DNA from: an uncultured Methylomirabilota bacterium
Lineage (GTDB): Bacteria > Methylomirabilota > Methylomirabilia > Methylomirabilales > 2-02-FULL-66-22
Reading direction: 5' to 3'
NCBI GenBank assembly: GCA_963845565.1
Contig: CAWJSJ010000001.1
Span: 352,001 to 416,000 of the forward strand
Length of the DNA: 64,000 nt
Below the pieces are notes generated by a model. It saw nothing but the letters and a program-made list of their open reading frames with translations. It was not told the origin of the DNA and did no database searches. Shown here piece after piece: positions 59,692 to 64,000 of this stretch. The position numbers and the translations under genes were made by a program. Position 1 is the stretch's first letter, and the number at the start of each line of letters is the position of its first letter.

Positions 59692-61143
59692 TTGCCGAAA
59701 GCGCTGGTCAATTCGGTGGTCGACGCACTCCGCGCCGCGGGGGTGCAACCGGGGGCCCGGGTGGTGGTGGCGGTCTCGGGCGGAGTGGATTCCATGGTCC
59801 TGCTCCACGCGCTCGCTCGGTCGCCGCTCCGGCTGGCGCTTCGCGTTGCACACATCCATCACGGGTTGCGGGGGCGTTCGGCAGACCGGGACGCGGCGCT
59901 GGTGGCCGCGGCGGCGGAACGCGGTGGCCTGCCGGTGTCGGTGGTGCGGCTGACCGCCGCGACCCGGCCGCGAGCCGCCTCGGTCCAGGTGTGGGCGCGG
60001 GACGCGCGCTATGCCGCGCTGGAGGCGATCCGGAAGCGGGTGCGGGCCTCCTGGGTGCTGACCGCACACACAGAGAACGATCAAGCGGAGACGGTGCTCC
60101 TGAACGTGCTGCGCGGGACCGGGGTCCGCGGCCTGGCGGGGATTCCCAAGGTGCGCGATCGCATCCTGCGCCCGCTGTTGGATGTCTCGCGGGCGAGGAT
60201 CGTCGCCTACGCGGAGCGGCACCGGGTCGCCTTCCGCGACGACCCGTCGAATCGGTCGGTCGCGTACCGGCGCAATCGGATCCGGCACCGGCTCCTCCCG
60301 CTGCTCGCGCAGGAGTACAACCCGCGGATTGTGGAGGCGCTGGCCGGCCTGGCGACGCACGCGCGGGAGGACGACGACGCGCTGACGTCGGACGCGTTGG
60401 TTCGCGCCCAGGAAGCGATCTGCGTCCGTGGAGGGACAGTCGGCGTGCGCCGGGCCGTCCTACGGGTGGTGCCCAGGGGGGTGGCACGCCGCCTGCTCCT
60501 GCTGGCGTTCGGACGGGTCGCCGTCCCGGCAGGCGGCCTCACCCGCCGGCACCTCGGGGCGCTCCTGTTTGCCGCGGAGCACGGCGGAAACGTCTCGCTC
60601 CCGGGCGACGTGCGGGCCTGGGTATCGGCGACGTATCTCTGGTTCGGGCCGGCGACGCTTCCGGAACGGATTACTGGGATCGACCGACGGGCCGCACCCC
60701 CCAGGATCGTGCCTACGGTGTCGCTGCGGCTGGGGCAGTGGACCGACTGGGATCGCAAGAGGTGCAGCGTCCGCGTGCGGCGCGTGTCGGGAGCGGAGGC
60801 CCGGATGGACCGCGGGGACCCGTCCAGGGAGATCATGAGCGCCGCGCTCTTGACGGAGTCCCTGACGTTACGGTCGTGGCGTCCGGGGGATCGGTTCCGA
60901 CCGCTGGGCCTCCCCGGGGCGAAGAAGCTCCAGGACTTCTTCGTGGATGCCAAAGTTCCTCGCGACGAGCGGCGTCGGATCCCGTTGCTGATGGCCGGGG
61001 AGCGGATCGCCTGGGTGGTAGGCCACCGCATTGCGGACGAGTTCCGCTGGCGCGGAGAACCTGTCGCGTGTCTGGCCGAGGTGAAATTCCCGGAGGGAGC
61101 GCATGGAATACCGGTTAGGTCCCACCCTGTTGTCGGCCGCTGA
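59692..61143 (+). CDS. tilS: tRNA(Ile)-lysidine synthetase
   Basis: AVSGGVDS, HHGLRG, TAH..DQAETVL, RPLL, DPSN, RNRIR, KKLQDFF. Confidence 0.93.
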   Translation: MPKALVNSVVDALRAAGVQPGARVVVAVSGGVDSMVLLHALARSPLRLALRVAHIHHGLRGRSADRDAALVAAAAERGGLPVSVVRLTAATRPRAASVQVWARDARYAALEAIRKRVRASWVLTAHTENDQAETVLLNVLRGTGVRGLAGIPKVRDRILRPLLDVSRARIVAYAERHRVAFRDDPSNRSVAYRRNRIRHRLLPLLAQEYNPRIVEALAGLATHAREDDDALTSDALVRAQEAICVRGGTVGVRRAVLRVVPRGVARRLLLLAFGRVAVPAGGLTRRHLGALLFAAEHGGNVSLPGDVRAWVSATYLWFGPATLPERITGIDRRAAPPRIVPTVSLRLGQWTDWDRKRCSVRVRRVSGAEARMDRGDPSREIMSAALLTESLTLRSWRPGDRFRPLGLPGAKKLQDFFVDAKVPRDERRRIPLLMAGERIAWVVGHRIADEFRWRGEPVACLAEVKFPEGAHGIPVRSHPVVGR

Positions 61144-61639
61144 GATCCGAGCCCGCGTGCGTGAACTGGCGCAGGCGATCTCCCGGGATTACGCCGGCCG
61201 GGATCTCTTGCTGATTTGCGTGCTGAAGGGGGCAGCCATCTTTTGGGCGGACCTGTGCAGGGCCCTCCAGGTTCCCTGCCAGAGCGACTTCGTGGCCATG
61301 GAAAGTTACAGCGACGCCACCGCGCCGCTGGGGAAGCCTCGCTTCACCAAGGCCGCCGGGGTGTCCCTCGAGGATCGGGATGTCCTGATCGTGGAGGACA
61401 TCATCGACACCGGACACACCATCGTCCACCTGCGGAATCTCCTTCAGGCGCAATCCCCCCGGACCGTCGCACTCTGCGCACTCTTGGACAAGGCCGAGCG
61501 ACGGGAGATCCAGACCCCGATCGAGTACTGCGGGTTCGTCATCCCGAACGCCTTCGTGGTGGGGTACGGTCTGGACCACGCCCAGCGCTTCCGACACCTG
61601 CCTCACATCGCGACACTGGAGCCCGTTCCCGTCACGTAA
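61103..61639 (+). CDS. hpt: Hypoxanthine phosphoribosyltransferase
   Basis: [24 protein letters not shown]. Confidence 0.93.
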   Translation: MEYRLGPTLLSAAEIRARVRELAQAISRDYAGRDLLLICVLKGAAIFWADLCRALQVPCQSDFVAMESYSDATAPLGKPRFTKAAGVSLEDRDVLIVEDIIDTGHTIVHLRNLLQAQSPRTVALCALLDKAERREIQTPIEYCGFVIPNAFVVGYGLDHAQRFRHLPHIATLEPVPVT

Positions 61640-61872
61640 CCGCCCCCTCTCGCGCCGGCGCGGGACCGGTGTGGGCTGCCGACCTGGCGCGAGAGATCGG
61701 CCGAGGCAGCGCCGGGCGGGCGCCGGGGAGGCTCACCTGGCTCGGACGGCCGTTCGGCGGCGGCCCGCCGGGGTCCGGAACGCCATGTTTCCTGTTGTCT
61801 TTCGGGTGGTGTCATGGTAGAAACGGCCATCATTGTTGGGTTCCGCGGCTGGGACGATTGAGGAGAGTACGG

Positions 61873-63693
61873 GTGAATCCCTTTTTCAAGAATCTCGCCC
61901 TGTGGCTGGTGATCGGCCTCATCATGGTGCTGGTGTTTAACATTTTCAACCAGACTCAGCCCATGCAGAAGGAGCTGATTTTCAGCGATTTCATGGCCAA
62001 GGTGGAGCGAGGCGAAGTCGGCGAGGTGACGCTGCGCGGCAGCGACATTACCGGCCGCCTCAGCGACAACTCGGTGTTTCGAAGCTACGCCCCGGAGGAT
62101 AGGGACATGTTGCCCCTGCTGCGCAAGCAGGGGGTGAAGATCACGGCCAAGCCCTCGGAGGGCCAGCCGTGGTACATGACCTTCCTGCTGTCGTGGTTGC
62201 CCATGTTGCTCTTCCTGGGGATCTGGATCTTTTTCATGCGGCAGATGCAAGGCGGCGGCGCCAAGGCACTCTCCTTCGGCAAGAGCCGCGCGCGGCTCCT
62301 GTCCGATAAGCAGAACAAGGTGACCTTCGCGGACGTCGCCGGCGTGGACGAGGCCAAGGAGGAGCTGCAGGAGATCATCGAGTTCCTGAAGGACCCGCAG
62401 AAGTTCCAGAAGCTGGGCGGGCGCATCCCCAAGGGCGTGCTCCTGATGGGACCGCCGGGCACGGGGAAGACGCTCCTGGCTCGGGCCATCGCGGGCGAAG
62501 CCAACGTGCCCTTCTTTTCCATCTCCGGGTCGGATTTCGTGGAGATGTTCGTGGGTGTGGGCGCGTCCCGGGTCCGGGACCTCTTCGAGCAGGGCAAGAA
62601 GAACGCCCCCTGTATTATCTTCATGGACGAGATCGACGCCGTCGGCCGCCACCGTGGGGCCGGCCTCGGCGGGGGCCACGACGAGCGGGAGCAGACACTG
62701 AATCAACTGCTCGTCGAGATGGACGGGTTCGAGTCCAACGACGGGGTGATCCTGATCGCGGCCACCAATCGCCCGGACGTCTTGGACCCGGCGCTGTTGC
62801 GCCCGGGCCGGTTCGATCGGCAGGTGGTGGTGGCGCGTCCGGACGTGAAGGGGCGCGAGGGGATCCTGAAGGTCCACACGCGAAAGATCCCGCTTGGCCC
62901 CGACGTGGATCTGCAGGTGCTGGCCCGTGGGACGCCGGGCTTCTCGGGCGCGGACCTCGCCAATCTGGTGAACGAGGGGGCGCTCTTGGCGGCGCGGGCC
63001 AACAAGAAGCTCGTGGAGATGCCGGATTTTGAAAACGCCAAGGACAAGGTCCTGATGGGTGTGGAGCGCAAGAGCCTGGTGGTCAGTGCCAAGGAGCGGC
63101 GGATCACCGCGTACCACGAGGCCGGGCACGCCTTGGTGGCGAAGCTTCTGCCGGGCACGGACCCGATTCACAAGGTGACCATCATCCCGCGCGGCCGGGC
63201 GCTGGGCGTGACGCAGCAGCTGCCCACGGAGGACAAGCACAACTACTCCAAGGAGTTCTTGCTGAACGACATTGCCATCCTCTACGGAGGGCGGATCGCC
63301 GAAGAGATCGTGTTCGGCGAGCCGGAGGTGACGACGGGGGCCATGAACGACATCGAGCGGGCCACCGAAATGGCCCGCAAGATGGTGTGCGAGTGGGGTA
63401 TGAGCGAGAAGATGGGTCCCCTCCAGTTCGGCAAGCGGGAGGAGATGGTGTTCCTCGGTCGCGAGATCGCCCAGCATCAGGACTACAGCGAGCACACCGC
63501 GATGGAGATCGACCGCGAGGTGCGTCGCATCGTGATGGAGAACTACGAGCGCGCCAAGGGACTGGTGCAGCGCCGACTGGACTCCTTGCATCACCTGGCC
63601 GAAGCCCTCTTGGAGCGCGAGGTGCTGGACGGCCTCGAGGTTGACACGATCGTGAAGGGTGCGGGGTCTCCTGCGCCCGCCGCCGCGGCGTAA
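61873..63693 (+). CDS. ftsH: ATP-dependent zinc metalloprotease FtsH
   Basis: GTG after [40 protein letters not shown]. Confidence 0.97.
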   Translation: MNPFFKNLALWLVIGLIMVLVFNIFNQTQPMQKELIFSDFMAKVERGEVGEVTLRGSDITGRLSDNSVFRSYAPEDRDMLPLLRKQGVKITAKPSEGQPWYMTFLLSWLPMLLFLGIWIFFMRQMQGGGAKALSFGKSRARLLSDKQNKVTFADVAGVDEAKEELQEIIEFLKDPQKFQKLGGRIPKGVLLMGPPGTGKTLLARAIAGEANVPFFSISGSDFVEMFVGVGASRVRDLFEQGKKNAPCIIFMDEIDAVGRHRGAGLGGGHDEREQTLNQLLVEMDGFESNDGVILIAATNRPDVLDPALLRPGRFDRQVVVARPDVKGREGILKVHTRKIPLGPDVDLQVLARGTPGFSGADLANLVNEGALLAARANKKLVEMPDFENAKDKVLMGVERKSLVVSAKERRITAYHEAGHALVAKLLPGTDPIHKVTIIPRGRALGVTQQLPTEDKHNYSKEFLLNDIAILYGGRIAEEIVFGEPEVTTGAMNDIERATEMARKMVCEWGMSEKMGPLQFGKREEMVFLGREIAQHQDYSEHTAMEIDREVRRIVMENYERAKGLVQRRLDSLHHLAEALLEREVLDGLEVDTIVKGAGSPAPAAAA

Positions 63694-63794
63694 GCCGTTG
63701 TCAAAAATAACTTGACCGGAGAAATTTCGGAAACGGCATAAGGAGCCGTAACGAAATGGAGAACCTGGACAAGTTATTTCGTAACGGCTCCTAA
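63691..63794. repeat. Interspersed palindromic repeat, copy 2 (two nested inverted-repeat units)
   Basis: GGAGCCGTAACGAAAT(63742)/ATTTCGTAACGGCTCC(63776); AAATAACTTG(63705)/CAAGTTATTT(63770). Confidence 0.8.
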
Positions 63795-63868
63795 ACGCCG
63801 GGGGGCCACCCGCGGCGCGACGGGCCTCTCCGGGGGCGAACTTCGCGTGCCGGTTTCGCGGAAGACCC

Positions 63869-64000
63869 ATGAGTCAGCGGGTCGTGTCAATCTGGGGAGG
63901 ACGGACGCTCGGATGTCTCCTGCCTCCCGGGGCGCGCGCGGCGGCTGAGCCGCCGGTCGTCGCCCTGGTCTCCCAGCCCGTGAGCGCCCGGGAATTGATC
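63869..64000 (+). CDS. Possible start of the next gene, truncated by window end
   Basis: ATG 63869 is open to the window edge; no diagnostic motif. Confidence 0.25.
   Translation, partial: MSQRVVSIWGGRTLGCLLPPGARAAAEPPVVALVSQPVSARELI

Overview
GC-rich chromosomal window from a diderm bacterium (Tol operon present). Gene content is compatible with NC10/Rokubacteria-like lineages, but taxonomy cannot be shown from sequence alone. The right half is mostly housekeeping: hpnD-like synthase, ispH, bshC-bshA, tolQRAB-cpoB (no pal), a dnaA with upstream DnaA boxes but no adjacent dnaN/rpmH, a Liv-type ABC transporter, clpB with a HAIR-like operator, and tilS-hpt-ftsH. The left half is accessory. Main discovery: two genes that the ORF track truncates at an in-frame TGA, each followed by a SECIS-like hairpin, so both are probable selenoproteins. 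One is a membrane-anchored DUF1573-like Ig-fold protein with a Cys-Sec motif (EGC-U-PP, 17374-17859) next to a DsbA-like gene. The other is an exported trypsin-like protease fused through a TM helix to a rhodanese domain with a C-T-U loop (22208-23830), heading an HtrA/DUF192/TlpA/CcdA/TPR cluster. A YedE/TusA(YedF)/desulfurase/DUF3343 selenium-handling operon lies about 10 kb upstream. Also present: a sigma-54 activator with an unusual sensor domain, its -24/-12 promoter and duplicated CoA-dehydratase/activase genes (one doubly frameshifted), two REC-HisKA proteins lacking an ATPase domain, and a small repeated palindromic element downstream of dnaA and ftsH. All product calls come from motif recognition, not database searches.
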